From contig CAZBED010000002.1 in assembly GCA_964490845.1 (NCBI GenBank), positions 214,827 through 278,826 on the forward strand: a stretch of 64,000 bases of DNA, given 5' to 3'. The position numbers were made by a program, and so were the translations under genes. This document shows, one piece after another, positions 16,701-25,647 of the stretch. Below the pieces are notes generated by a model. It did no database searches and had not been told where the DNA came from. It saw nothing but the letters and a program-made list of their open reading frames with translations. The stretch is from an uncultured Chitinophagales bacterium (GTDB lineage: Bacteria; Bacteroidota; Bacteroidia; Chitinophagales; JADIYW01). The number at the start of each line of letters is the position of its first letter. Position 1 is the stretch's first letter.

Positions 16701-17653
16701 ACGACTCGATTGGAATACCTGATACCATAATGGCAGGTTTTACGACAACCAACTTTTTTTCAGGCATTAATACCTCTGACAACAATTTCCTTATAGTAGA
16801 TGATATCTCACTCGAACCGGGGAATATTACTTTTCAGAACAGCAATTTTGAATCGTGGTTGACAACCACTATTGAAAGCCCTGAATCCTGGTTTAATTTT
16901 AAGTACATCGGGATAGACACTATTCATCCGGATACCAACCACATGGTCTCGAAAGTTTATTTTAATGCGCCCGATGATTATGCCGTACAAATCCGGAATA
17001 TATTCTGGTCTCAAGGGAATATGGTCGGTGCGGGTGAATTGGCATTACACAACGGAATATTGGATAATAAAAAAGGAGGATTCCCAATCAGAGGGAAACA
17101 TCTGACATTGAATGGTTACTATAAATATTTCCCGGCTAAGGATGACTCCATGCTGATTGACATACACGTTTTGAAAGGATCCGTTGCTGTAGGGAGTGGC
17201 TCGATGACACAAAAAGATACAGTCAGTGTTTTTACACCGTTTAGCATTCCTATCCTGTATGACAGCTCCGACATTATACCTGATTCTGCAGATATTATTA
17301 TCCGCAGCGGTAGTAGAAATGCATTATTTGGTTCCACTTTGATTGTCGACAAACTAAGTTTTGATGGGTTCATCTCAGGAATTAAGAATAACCCCGATGT
17401 ACTGGAACTGGATGGCATGAAAGTATACCCTAATCCGGCCAGAAATGTATTAATCATAGAAACGCAGTTGGGCAACTCAAACGATTGTTCATTAGCGCTT
17501 CTGGCAATTAACGGTCAGACTATACGGGAAACGAAGATACATGCAGGACAACGAACCGAACAATTAGAGGTTGGTGATATTTCGCCGGGTATTTATTTGC
17601 TGGTATTGAGAAACGGAGAGAGATTGTACAATAAGAAAATTGTGATACAATAG
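13769..17653 (+). CDS. Tandem paralogue of 10114-13743: BNR/Asp-box propeller, five Fn3-like units, two jelly-roll-like modules and a T9SS CTD
   Basis: Start chosen at MKSSTGPKQ... (ATG 13769), 25 nt after the upstream stop. The track start at 13700 overlaps the previous gene. Asp-boxes are TTNGAASW, SIDGGNTW, TTDGGMHW, TNNGGISW and STDQGLNW. Domain order matches the upstream gene. The CTD is KVYPNPARNVLIIET...LLAINGQTI...GIYLLVLRNG...KIVIQ. Confidence 0.7.
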   Translation: MKSSTGPKQQKFHQSFPRESTSYYLIVSVLLFFLIATGTANAEQWYHTHVPRGREVNALKFLSNDKILYAGGNEFNDSLQEIWVSPDRGLEWENVNNILTPPWLKSMAFKDTLTGIATGYTGTIIKTTNGAASWVKIPTPINRQFNKVIYTNPNTLYIAGGSVPRSDTLQTILKSIDGGNTWSVVLDRNGYWLHGIAFADSTHGTAVGEGGTILRTTDGGMHWNSVASPVNRFWKAVTFINDTIGYLVGGRSESGDSLSTILRTNNGGISWSVLRDDAIGILNDITFSPNKTGYIVGDKSVLLKSTDQGLNWTRVMLPDMQSFQSFYCVSFRNDQLGMLGGKYGDLYVYTQSTPAIVYALGARYADSSDLTLTAAIHTHGENARYNFMLSLDSTFINAGYLSFYPSMINSNSLIMVRDNFTNIQLIRDTTYYYCVEVHTLSGKIYSDTLSFSTRTPEFTFQTLPASGITTSDAILNGKIDRYPSDATLSFEYGTSPQLGNEITANPASINDTLLHLVSGAINNLAPNTLYYYRLKGVHNNKPFYGNIELFLSGNPLRTDEATNITDTSATLNGFINKLTVNATIKFEYGTTLAFGNETNATPAIVSDTLPHIVSAALSHLTKGKVYYFRLKAEHGTEVFYGETKLFFSGIPYKLFNTLPATKINDSTDVLNGIVDKFYQLPVTVSFQYDTTLALSNELPAAPNFINDTLLHTVSSSLLQILPDKRYYFRLKGTTPVSTYIGETLTFYSGIVLKAFNILDATAISNNSAVLHGDIQLYSGQVSLSFEYGTTPSFGNSVTPDPSIISDTNYHSFQVSLDGLLTDQLYYYRIKATTPTGSIYSDIRQFYTGSSEIPNWDFQYWKTDTVNIPKYWNFVDGVFERVPGHSGNYALKMTRKTFVVNAVVGDGLFGGAAINVTSRPDSVVFYLNYSVNPGDTALFLLVLLKEGRPLTKVTEPLPFTAITGNSNGSFNRIAYKIEYDSIGIPDTIMAGFTTTNFFSGINTSDNNFLIVDDISLEPGNITFQNSNFESWLTTTIESPESWFNFKYIGIDTIHPDTNHMVSKVYFNAPDDYAVQIRNIFWSQGNMVGAGELALHNGILDNKKGGFPIRGKHLTLNGYYKYFPAKDDSMLIDIHVLKGSVAVGSGSMTQKDTVSVFTPFSIPILYDSSDIIPDSADIIIRSGSRNALFGSTLIVDKLSFDGFISGIKNNPDVLELDGMKVYPNPARNVLIIETQLGNSNDCSLALLAINGQTIRETKIHAGQRTEQLEVGDISPGIYLLVLRNGERLYNKKIVIQ
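14834..16310 (+). repeat. Array of five tandem ~98-aa Fn3-like coding units
   Basis: The units end in SFST, LFLSG, LFFSG, TFYSG and QFYTG. This is one unit more than in the upstream paralogue. Confidence 0.65.
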
Positions 17654-17675
17654 TGCAGGAATCGTGTACCATCTA

Positions 17676-20636
17676 CTATTTCTTAATTGCGTCATAGATC
17701 ACCTGCTGAATCTTAGGACGAATACCTTGTTTTGCCAGCGTATTGACTTCCGCACTCGGATAAACCCGGTTACAAAGAAATATAAAAATCAGATTGTACT
17801 TCGGATCTGCCCATGCGATAGTACCTGTAAAACCGGTATGTCCAAATGATTCCGGTGACGCGGCATCACAGGTTGGTCCGTCTTGGCCAGACGGTGTAGG
17901 TTTGTCGAATCCTATTGCCCGACGGTTATTCGGAAACTGCTTAGCCGTAAAATTTTTCACCGTTGCAGGCTGGTAATACCTGTACCCACCGTAAGAACCT
18001 CCGTTCAGCAACAATTGAAAATATTTAGCCAGATCATTCGCATTGGTAAAGATGCCCGCATGTCCGGCAACGCCACCGAGTAACGCAGCTCCCTGATCAT
18101 GCACGGTTCCGAGCAACAGCGATTTGCGGAAATTCTTTTCAATTTCTGTCGGCATAATTTTGTTCAGATCATAGCCATTCCATTTCGGATTGTACTGGGT
18201 ATAATTCATTCCTAAAGGGGCATACAAATATTTCTTCGTCAGGTTCTGCAACGAATCTTTATACGACTTTTCTATAATCTGTTTTAACAGATAATATCCT
18301 ATGTCGCTGTATTTATATTCTTTTCCGGATAATGTGCAGTTATAAATCATGTTCCAAATGGAATCCTGAAACGATTTCTTCAGAAACAGGCTATCTGTAA
18401 TTCTGACAGAAAACACGGAGTCCTGTACATTGGAATACCATAAACTATCCGGATTTCCTGCCGGGTCCAATGAACTCTTGTAAAACGGAATCCATGCTGG
18501 CAAGCCTGCCTGGTGGCACAGCATCTCTTTGATGACAATATCTTTCTTGTTACATCCTTCGGGATAACTGTAGTAATCACCTAATTTGTGATTGATGTCG
18601 AGCTTACCCTGTTCCTGCATTTTCATAACCATTGGCAAGGTTGCCGATACCTTTGTCACCGATGCGATATCAAACAAATCAGTTGTTTGGGTAGCCAATA
18701 TATTTTCGTAGGTATGAAATCCGTATGCCTTCTCATAGATTACGTTGCCATCCTTTGCCACCAGCAACTGCGCACCCGGAAATATTTTATTGTCTATCGC
18801 GTTATAAATGATGCCATCCACTTTCTGCAAAATTTTTGCATCCATATTTACTTCAAGTGGTCGTCCGTATTTCAGGCGCATATTCGAACTGGTGCATTCC
18901 CCGTCACCATATTGAAACTTACCCACCGTAACCGGCAAGATTCCTTCCGCACCACGTGCTCCGAAAATGATTTGTGCCGTTATAGACTCCGCTTCTTCTT
19001 CTTCGTTATATCCGATAATAACGGTATTGAAATCCTGAAAATATTTAAGACTGTACGGCGAACCGAACAACGTCAGTATGGTTTGGTTTTGCTTATTGAG
19101 TTGTTTTAAAAAAGCGAGCGAATTATCTGTTAATCCAAAATTCTTGGAAGCGAAACGGCTCATATCCTGTACGTCCGCGATGACCAGATGATAGTCTTTC
19201 AGCTTAGCCAGTACATCGTTGAATGTTGTGGCTTTTTCATTTTTAGGAATATAAAAATGGTCTATCTGCGTGTACTTGTCCAAAATAGAGGAGAAAACGG
19301 TTTCTTTACTGCTGCCGATTCCTACATGCGCTATGCGTTTTTGCAGATTCAATATAGGAAGTATGTACTCGCTGTCCCTGGCTACAGTTATCGCATTTTC
19401 CATCAACTTATACTTCAAAAATTTTGCCGGCTCACTGTTGATATCCTCGTTAATGCCATCAAGTTTTATAGGCTCATACCGGCTCAATCCCAGCCAGAGT
19501 TTTGCAGCCAGAATTTTGCGTACCCGCCGGTTTATTAATTCTTCCGGAATGATGGAGTCCTGTAACACTGCACAACGAACCCCTTCGATGGCTTTGTCAA
19601 CATCATCCGGAAACAACATCACATCATTACCCGCCAGAATAGCCATCACCTCCGCAGTACCGGACGGGTAATATTTGGTAATGCCTTTCATATTCATGGC
19701 GTCAGTAAAAATTAACCCTTTATAACCCATCGAATCGATCAGCTTCTGCCGGACAATCTGAGGGGATAAAGTAGCCGGAAAATTGGGTGCACCATCCAGT
19801 GCGAGTACATTGAGATGCGATACCATGATACTACCCACCCCATAACGGATAAATTGGGTGAACGGATATAATTCAACCGCCTCCAGCCTTTCCAAGGGAT
19901 GTTTAACCACAGGTAAATCTTTATGTGAGTCCACGTCGGTATCTCCATGCCCGGGAAAATGTTTTCCGCTGGCCAGGATGTTGTTATCCTGCAGTCCCAT
20001 CATATAGGCCAGCCCCCTGCGCACCACTCCGAATTTATTGTCTCCGAATGCTCGGTCATTGATTACCGGATTATTGGGATTGCTGTTCACATCAATATCC
20101 GGGGCGAAATTGATATGAATGCCGATGCGCTTCATCTGCCTCGCAATTTCTTTACCCATTTCATAAATCATCTCCGTATTATCAATAGCGCCTAACGTAA
20201 GCTGGCGCGGATACGAAATGGTATTATCCAGTCGCATGCCCAATCCCCACTCCCCGTCAAATCCTATCCAAAGCGGTGTTTTGCTTTCTGCCTGATAACG
20301 GTTGGTGAGTTCCGCCTGCTTTTGCGGTGTTCCCTGAAAAAATATCAATCCGCCCACCTTGTATTCTTTTACATATTTATCTACGGCCTGATAGCTGGCC
20401 TCATCTTTGTTGGAATAGGCCGCCACCATAAACAGCTGGCCAATTTTCTCATCCAGTGTCATGTTTTTCAGCACGGAATCCACCCAAACATTCGATGTGT
20501 CTTTTAAATAAGGAACTTCTGCAGCTTTTGAGTAAGAAGTAAAACCTAAGCAGTAAACAGTAAGCAATAATACAACTGCAGCATTAAAGAATTTTATCCT
20601 CTTTTGCGCAACTATCTTCAAGTCAGCCTTTTTCAT
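17676..20636 (-). CDS. Fusion protein: glycoside hydrolase family 3 (NagZ-like beta-N-acetylhexosaminidase) N-terminal part plus class-C beta-lactamase-fold serine hydrolase C-terminal part
   Basis: 986 aa with a signal-like N-terminus. The GH3 signature KHFPGHGDTDVDSHKDLP is present. The C-terminal half has S-x-x-K (FDIASVTKVSAT), a Y-S-D element (YSDIGYYLL) and HTGFTG in the KTG position. Confidence 0.75.
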   Translation of the reverse strand: MKKADLKIVAQKRIKFFNAAVVLLLTVYCLGFTSYSKAAEVPYLKDTSNVWVDSVLKNMTLDEKIGQLFMVAAYSNKDEASYQAVDKYVKEYKVGGLIFFQGTPQKQAELTNRYQAESKTPLWIGFDGEWGLGMRLDNTISYPRQLTLGAIDNTEMIYEMGKEIARQMKRIGIHINFAPDIDVNSNPNNPVINDRAFGDNKFGVVRRGLAYMMGLQDNNILASGKHFPGHGDTDVDSHKDLPVVKHPLERLEAVELYPFTQFIRYGVGSIMVSHLNVLALDGAPNFPATLSPQIVRQKLIDSMGYKGLIFTDAMNMKGITKYYPSGTAEVMAILAGNDVMLFPDDVDKAIEGVRCAVLQDSIIPEELINRRVRKILAAKLWLGLSRYEPIKLDGINEDINSEPAKFLKYKLMENAITVARDSEYILPILNLQKRIAHVGIGSSKETVFSSILDKYTQIDHFYIPKNEKATTFNDVLAKLKDYHLVIADVQDMSRFASKNFGLTDNSLAFLKQLNKQNQTILTLFGSPYSLKYFQDFNTVIIGYNEEEEAESITAQIIFGARGAEGILPVTVGKFQYGDGECTSSNMRLKYGRPLEVNMDAKILQKVDGIIYNAIDNKIFPGAQLLVAKDGNVIYEKAYGFHTYENILATQTTDLFDIASVTKVSATLPMVMKMQEQGKLDINHKLGDYYSYPEGCNKKDIVIKEMLCHQAGLPAWIPFYKSSLDPAGNPDSLWYSNVQDSVFSVRITDSLFLKKSFQDSIWNMIYNCTLSGKEYKYSDIGYYLLKQIIEKSYKDSLQNLTKKYLYAPLGMNYTQYNPKWNGYDLNKIMPTEIEKNFRKSLLLGTVHDQGAALLGGVAGHAGIFTNANDLAKYFQLLLNGGSYGGYRYYQPATVKNFTAKQFPNNRRAIGFDKPTPSGQDGPTCDAASPESFGHTGFTGTIAWADPKYNLIFIFLCNRVYPSAEVNTLAKQGIRPKIQQVIYDAIKK

Positions 20637-20887
20637 TCTTTTTTTATCCTATAATAATTACACAACTACCTCAAAAATCAGTCCCAAACCGGTTCAAACA
20701 TAAGAAAATAGTTGGTTTTCAGGGGTTATAAACTTTAAACGGACGTGGAAAGTATATTTTAACCACATAAACCTTGTTTCTTCCATAAATCACATTAATG
20801 ATAGCCCAGACATTATTTATTTAGCTTCAAAATAACAGCATTTAACACGTGGTAACGCATACAATTTTGTAATATTGTGTACACGTT

Positions 20888-22777
20888 ATGTCTGATATTA
20901 TACGATTATTGCCTGATGCCATTGCCAACCAGATTGCCGCCGGTGAAGTGATTCAGCGACCGGCTTCCGTGGTGAAAGAATTGCTGGAAAACAGCGTGGA
21001 TTCAGGCGCTAAAAATATTCAGTTAATCGTAAAAGATGCCGGTCGCGCACTCATACAAGTTGTGGACGACGGCTGCGGCATGAGCGAAACTGATGCCCGG
21101 ATGTGCTTCGAACGTCATGCTACTTCAAAAATCAAGCAGATTGAAGATTTATTCGCCCTCCACACCTTCGGGTTCAGAGGGGAGGCGATGGCATCTATTG
21201 CCGCGGTAGCGCAGGTAGAACTCAAAACCAGGCTGCAGGATAAGGAACTTGGAACCATCATTATCACCGAAGGCTCAAAAGTAATATTACAGGAACCGTG
21301 TTCGCATAATGCTGGCTCGTCTGTTTCCGTCAAAAATTTATTTTATAATGTTCCGGCTCGCCGGAATTTCCTGAAATCAAATCCGATAGAAACCAAACAC
21401 ATACTGGATGAATTTATCCATGTGGCACTGGCTAATCCCGATATCTTTTTTTCTTTACATCACAATGGCATAGAAATTTATCACCTCAATCCCGGTAATC
21501 TTCGCCAGCGAATTGTGAGCATCTTCGGTAAAAATTATAATGAGAAACTGGTGCCTATCGAAGAGCTGACAGATTACGTAAGTGTGAGAGGCTTTATCGG
21601 AAAGCCGGAGCTCAGCAAGAAAACAAGGGGTGAGCAGTTCTTCTTTGTGAACAACCGTTTTATCAAGAATAATTTTTTAAACCACGCCATCGCAAAAGCA
21701 TACGACGGACTGATAACGGATAGAAACTTCCCTTTCTATTGCCTTTTCATCGATATCGAGCCGGGCGCTATAGACATTAATGTACATCCCACCAAGCAGG
21801 AAATAAAATTTGAAGATGAAAAATCCATCTGGTTGCTGCTCAATGCCGCCGCAAAACACGGGCTTTCGCAATACAGTGTGATGCCCACCATAGATTTTGA
21901 ACACGAATCCAACTTCAATCTGCTGGTTGACGAACGGGTATATAACGAACAGCCGTTTAAAGTGGTACAGTCCAAATTAAATTCTGACACGAATACAAGA
22001 GGTTCTTATCATTCCCCATTTGATAAAGATATTCCTGCCACTCATCATAAAGATTTTTCAAAAGAAAGAACAGGCGGATTCGATGACTGGAAGAAACTGT
22101 ATGAAATTGATGAGGAAACGGAGGAAAGAACGGTAACAATACGCAGCAAGATGGACCAGCTGCAGGCACTGGAGAGCGAAAATGAAATCTCCAACAATCC
22201 ATTTAAGAATGAACGTTTCGAACCCATACAATTACATGAGCGTTATATCTTAACTCAAATCCGCAGCGGGTTTATTCTGATTGATCAGCACAAGGCGCAT
22301 CAGCGTGTATTGTACGAACAATATTTGCGCAACTTAGCCAACCAACCGGCAGCCTCACAGCAGACACTATTTCCCAAAACGGTGGAACTAAACAACAGCG
22401 ATGCCGCGTTACTACAGGAAATACTGCCTGAACTGCGAGTCTTGGGATTTGATATTGAATTTTTCGGAGGTGCTACATTTGTCCTGCACGGCATGCCGGG
22501 GGACTTGAAAGATGAAAATGAAATCCAGTTAATAGAAAAACTGCTGGAAGATTACAAAACCAGTACGAAGACTGACAATTTTGATAAACGGAAAAACATA
22601 GCAAAGACTTTAGCCTATCAGACTGCCGTTAAGTCGGGGCAGTTGCTGGACAAGGCTTCTATGCAGCAACTGATAGATGAATTATTTGCCTGTGAGCAAC
22701 CCACCATTAATCCGGTAGGATTGGCTACTTTCACACAATACTCTTTTGATGAAATTGAACGAAAATTTAATTCCTAA
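20888..22777 (+). CDS. mutL: DNA mismatch repair endonuclease MutL
   Basis: The N-terminus MSDIIRLLPDAIANQIAAGEVIQRPASVVKELLENSVDSGA... is the GHKL ATPase region typical of MutL. 629 aa. Confidence 0.95.
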   Translation: MSDIIRLLPDAIANQIAAGEVIQRPASVVKELLENSVDSGAKNIQLIVKDAGRALIQVVDDGCGMSETDARMCFERHATSKIKQIEDLFALHTFGFRGEAMASIAAVAQVELKTRLQDKELGTIIITEGSKVILQEPCSHNAGSSVSVKNLFYNVPARRNFLKSNPIETKHILDEFIHVALANPDIFFSLHHNGIEIYHLNPGNLRQRIVSIFGKNYNEKLVPIEELTDYVSVRGFIGKPELSKKTRGEQFFFVNNRFIKNNFLNHAIAKAYDGLITDRNFPFYCLFIDIEPGAIDINVHPTKQEIKFEDEKSIWLLLNAAAKHGLSQYSVMPTIDFEHESNFNLLVDERVYNEQPFKVVQSKLNSDTNTRGSYHSPFDKDIPATHHKDFSKERTGGFDDWKKLYEIDEETEERTVTIRSKMDQLQALESENEISNNPFKNERFEPIQLHERYILTQIRSGFILIDQHKAHQRVLYEQYLRNLANQPAASQQTLFPKTVELNNSDAALLQEILPELRVLGFDIEFFGGATFVLHGMPGDLKDENEIQLIEKLLEDYKTSTKTDNFDKRKNIAKTLAYQTAVKSGQLLDKASMQQLIDELFACEQPTINPVGLATFTQYSFDEIERKFNS

Positions 22778-22811
22778 CCCCTAACGGGAACTATAGTATA
22801 CAACAACGAAG

Positions 22812-23525
22812 ATGAATCAATTCAGACGATTTGGCGGAATAATGGACATGAGTCCTGTAGTAAAGAACCTGATACTCTTGAATGTACTGGTATTTGTTGC
22901 CTGTTTGTTGTACCCCGGCCTGACGGAGTTGTTCGCGATGCACTACCCGTCCAACCCGGATTTTAAACCATGGCAATTAGTGACTCACATGTTTACACAC
23001 GGCGGACTGCTGCACATTTTCTTCAATATGTATGCCTTGTTTAATTTTGGTGCCATCTTGGAAAACGACCGTGTGCTGGGTAGCAAACGATTTGCCTTCC
23101 TTTATTTATTCTCCGGATTCGGCGCCATCTTTTTTCATTTAGCCATCAATGCCATTATGGCCTACAACTATACCGGTACTATACTGTTTAACAACGAAAG
23201 TATCGCCAACTTAACCTTAAGCGCTGAGGCCATCAAGAATCTGTCTGCTATTTACTACTCCGGTGTGGTGGGCGCCTCCGGCGCCATTTATGGTTTGCTG
23301 GCGGCATTCGGTTATTTATTTCCCAATACGCCGCTGATGTTTCTGTTTATCCCTGTGCCTATTAAAGCGAAATATATGATCCCATTGGTCATTATTGCAT
23401 ACGATATCGCCTTTGCACAATACGGACTGGATAATGTGGCGCATTATGCGCATATCGGTGGCGCAATCTTTGGATTTTTATTAATTTTATTTTGGAATAA
23501 AACCAGCAAAGAAACATTTTACTAA
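22812..23525 (+). CDS. Rhomboid family intramembrane serine protease
   Basis: Multi-TM protein with GxSG (VVGASGAIYGLL) and a downstream catalytic His region (HYAHIGGAIFGF). The start may be the internal M at 22842. Confidence 0.8.
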   Translation: MNQFRRFGGIMDMSPVVKNLILLNVLVFVACLLYPGLTELFAMHYPSNPDFKPWQLVTHMFTHGGLLHIFFNMYALFNFGAILENDRVLGSKRFAFLYLFSGFGAIFFHLAINAIMAYNYTGTILFNNESIANLTLSAEAIKNLSAIYYSGVVGASGAIYGLLAAFGYLFPNTPLMFLFIPVPIKAKYMIPLVIIAYDIAFAQYGLDNVAHYAHIGGAIFGFLLILFWNKTSKETFY

Positions 23526-23555
23526 TTATTTTAATAAGGAGTTAACCAACAGCGT

Positions 23556-24482
23556 ATGTACGGAAATTCCATCTGGGATGATATAAAATGGCAGTTCAGG
23601 TATGGCACGGATTTAATCAAACTAATCCTGGTTAACATCGCTGTATTTATAGTCATCAACTTTATTCATCTTATATTGTTTTTTGCACAGAAACAAGGGG
23701 CCTTTGAATTAACGCACTGGTTGTCGCTTTATGCATCCATTCCCAGACTGGCACATCAGCCATGGGGTATCCTCACCTATATGTTTGTACATGAAAGTTT
23801 CTGGCATATCTTATGGAATATGCTGGGCTTGTATTGGTTTGGCCAGATATTGCAGGACATGGTAGGCAAACCAAAACTATTGCCCTTGTATCTCTTCGGA
23901 GGGATTTTTGGCGGCTTACTGTATATCCTGTTTTATAACATCTTTCCCGTGTTTAACAATGTATTGGGAAGCGCCTCCTGTATCGGCGCTTCCGCAGCGG
24001 TAATGGCCATCGTACTTGCCGCGGCGACCATTGCACCCAATATGGAGCTAATGCTTTTTCTCTTTGGGTCCGTCAAGATTAAGTGGATTGCCTTAGTGTA
24101 TGTGGTGCTGGATATTATCAATATACAGTATGAAAACGCCGGCGGGCATATCGCTCATCTGGGCGGCGCGCTGTTTGGATTTATCTTTATTAAACAATTA
24201 CAGAACGGGAATGATTTATCCAGACCATTCTATGCCGTTACAGATTTTTTCTCCGGTTTATTCAGGAAAAAACCCGCATTAAAGGTGGCGCATAAAAAGG
24301 AATATGTCTTCACATCGGATCAACAACAGAAAGTACACCAGCAAAGAAATACAACGCAACAGGATACCATCAGCAAGCAGGAACGCTTAGATGCCATTCT
24401 GGATAAAATCAATCGTTCCAGCTACGACAGCCTGACCAAAGAAGAAAAAGATTTTTTATTTAAAATCAGTCAGGAAGACTAA
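23556..24482 (+). CDS. Rhomboid family intramembrane serine protease (second copy, with hydrophilic C-terminal extension)
   Basis: Motifs WHILWNM, IGASAAVMAIV and HIAHLGGALFGF are present. The C-terminal ~90 aa are polar. Confidence 0.75.
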   Translation: MYGNSIWDDIKWQFRYGTDLIKLILVNIAVFIVINFIHLILFFAQKQGAFELTHWLSLYASIPRLAHQPWGILTYMFVHESFWHILWNMLGLYWFGQILQDMVGKPKLLPLYLFGGIFGGLLYILFYNIFPVFNNVLGSASCIGASAAVMAIVLAAATIAPNMELMLFLFGSVKIKWIALVYVVLDIINIQYENAGGHIAHLGGALFGFIFIKQLQNGNDLSRPFYAVTDFFSGLFRKKPALKVAHKKEYVFTSDQQQKVHQQRNTTQQDTISKQERLDAILDKINRSSYDSLTKEEKDFLFKISQED

Positions 24483-24531
24483 ACACAGTCTCTCCGTTTT
24501 TTTTGAGTATCTTTCGATTTCAAAACAACCG

Positions 24532-25647
24532 ATGAAGTTTTTAAAATGGCTATTATCCTTTACGTCACGAACCGCCAATGTGGTATTTGTCGTATTGCTG
24601 CTTATCAGCCTGTCTTCATCCTATATCAGTCCTGAGAAAATATGGTTTTTCCCATTCGCAGGTATGCTGCTGCCCTTCTTACTGTTTATCAATTTCATCT
24701 TTATCATCATCTGGATATTAAGAAAACGCTACTTCGCCATAATTTCCTGTCTGGCATTAGCGGCCTGCCTGCCTCAAATACTCCGGTTGGGCGCTACCAA
24801 TATCGGGACAACGGCGAAACATCCTTCCGGGCATGTCCTTAAAGTGATGTCATACAACGTGCGCGATTTCGATTTATACAACTGGAGTGAAAATATCCAT
24901 TCCAAAGAGAAAATATTTGAAACCATCCGGGAAAAAAATCCCGATGTCATCTGTTTTCAGGAATTCTACAATGATACGACCGAAGAGTTTAATACTATCC
25001 GGCATCTGACTGCATTAGGATATACTCACAATTATTTCACCAGAGAACTGGTGCTGCGCAACACGGATGAATGGGGTATTGCCCTGTTTTCAAAATTTCC
25101 TATTAAAGAACACGGAGAAATCATCAAACAATCTTTTAAAACCGGTTATGGGAAAAAACCATTCAGAGGGCAATTTGCCGATATAGAAGTCGGCGATACG
25201 GTTATCCGGTTTGTGAATGTCCATCTGCAGTCTATTTACTTTGGCAGCCAGGATTATGAGACGATTGAAGAATTCCGTTCCACACAGAATGTCGATGAAC
25301 ATGGTGCAAAAAGCATTGTTGTTAAACTCAAGCGGGCGTTTGAAAGAAGAGCGCAGCAGGCAGATGAATTGAAAGTATTTTTAAATGCTCAAACGAAGCC
25401 CGTTATCCTTTGCGGTGACTTCAACGACCTGCCCAATTCTTATGTTGCCAATACCATTTCAAAAAATCTGAAAGACGCTTTTCTGGATTACGGTTTTGGC
25501 ATCGGGCGAACGTACAACGGAAAAATACCATTTCTGAGAATCGATTATATCCTTACCTCTCCGGGCATCGATGTGCATACATTTGAAAAAATCAATAATA
25601 AAATCTCGGATCACTTTCCGGTGTATGCTGAACTGTCTATAGATTAA
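24532..25647 (+). CDS. Endonuclease/exonuclease/phosphatase (EEP) family membrane-anchored protein
   Basis: N-terminal TM helices are followed by the EEP motifs VMSYNVRDF, VICFQEF, LCGDFNDLPNS and ISDHFPVYA. Confidence 0.8.
   Translation: MKFLKWLLSFTSRTANVVFVVLLLISLSSSYISPEKIWFFPFAGMLLPFLLFINFIFIIIWILRKRYFAIISCLALAACLPQILRLGATNIGTTAKHPSGHVLKVMSYNVRDFDLYNWSENIHSKEKIFETIREKNPDVICFQEFYNDTTEEFNTIRHLTALGYTHNYFTRELVLRNTDEWGIALFSKFPIKEHGEIIKQSFKTGYGKKPFRGQFADIEVGDTVIRFVNVHLQSIYFGSQDYETIEEFRSTQNVDEHGAKSIVVKLKRAFERRAQQADELKVFLNAQTKPVILCGDFNDLPNSYVANTISKNLKDAFLDYGFGIGRTYNGKIPFLRIDYILTSPGIDVHTFEKINNKISDHFPVYAELSID

Noticed and set aside
18588-19671. Long plus-strand ORFs (173, 116 and 133 aa) within the GH3/beta-lactamase gene
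   Set aside because: They are antisense to a gene with strong catalytic motifs, and no motifs of their own were seen.
20888-25647. mutL, rhomboid, rhomboid, EEP cluster as a possible novel system
   Set aside because: As far as I recall, this is a common conserved gene order in Bacteroidota. All four genes have ordinary family signatures, and nothing unusual was seen in the sequence.
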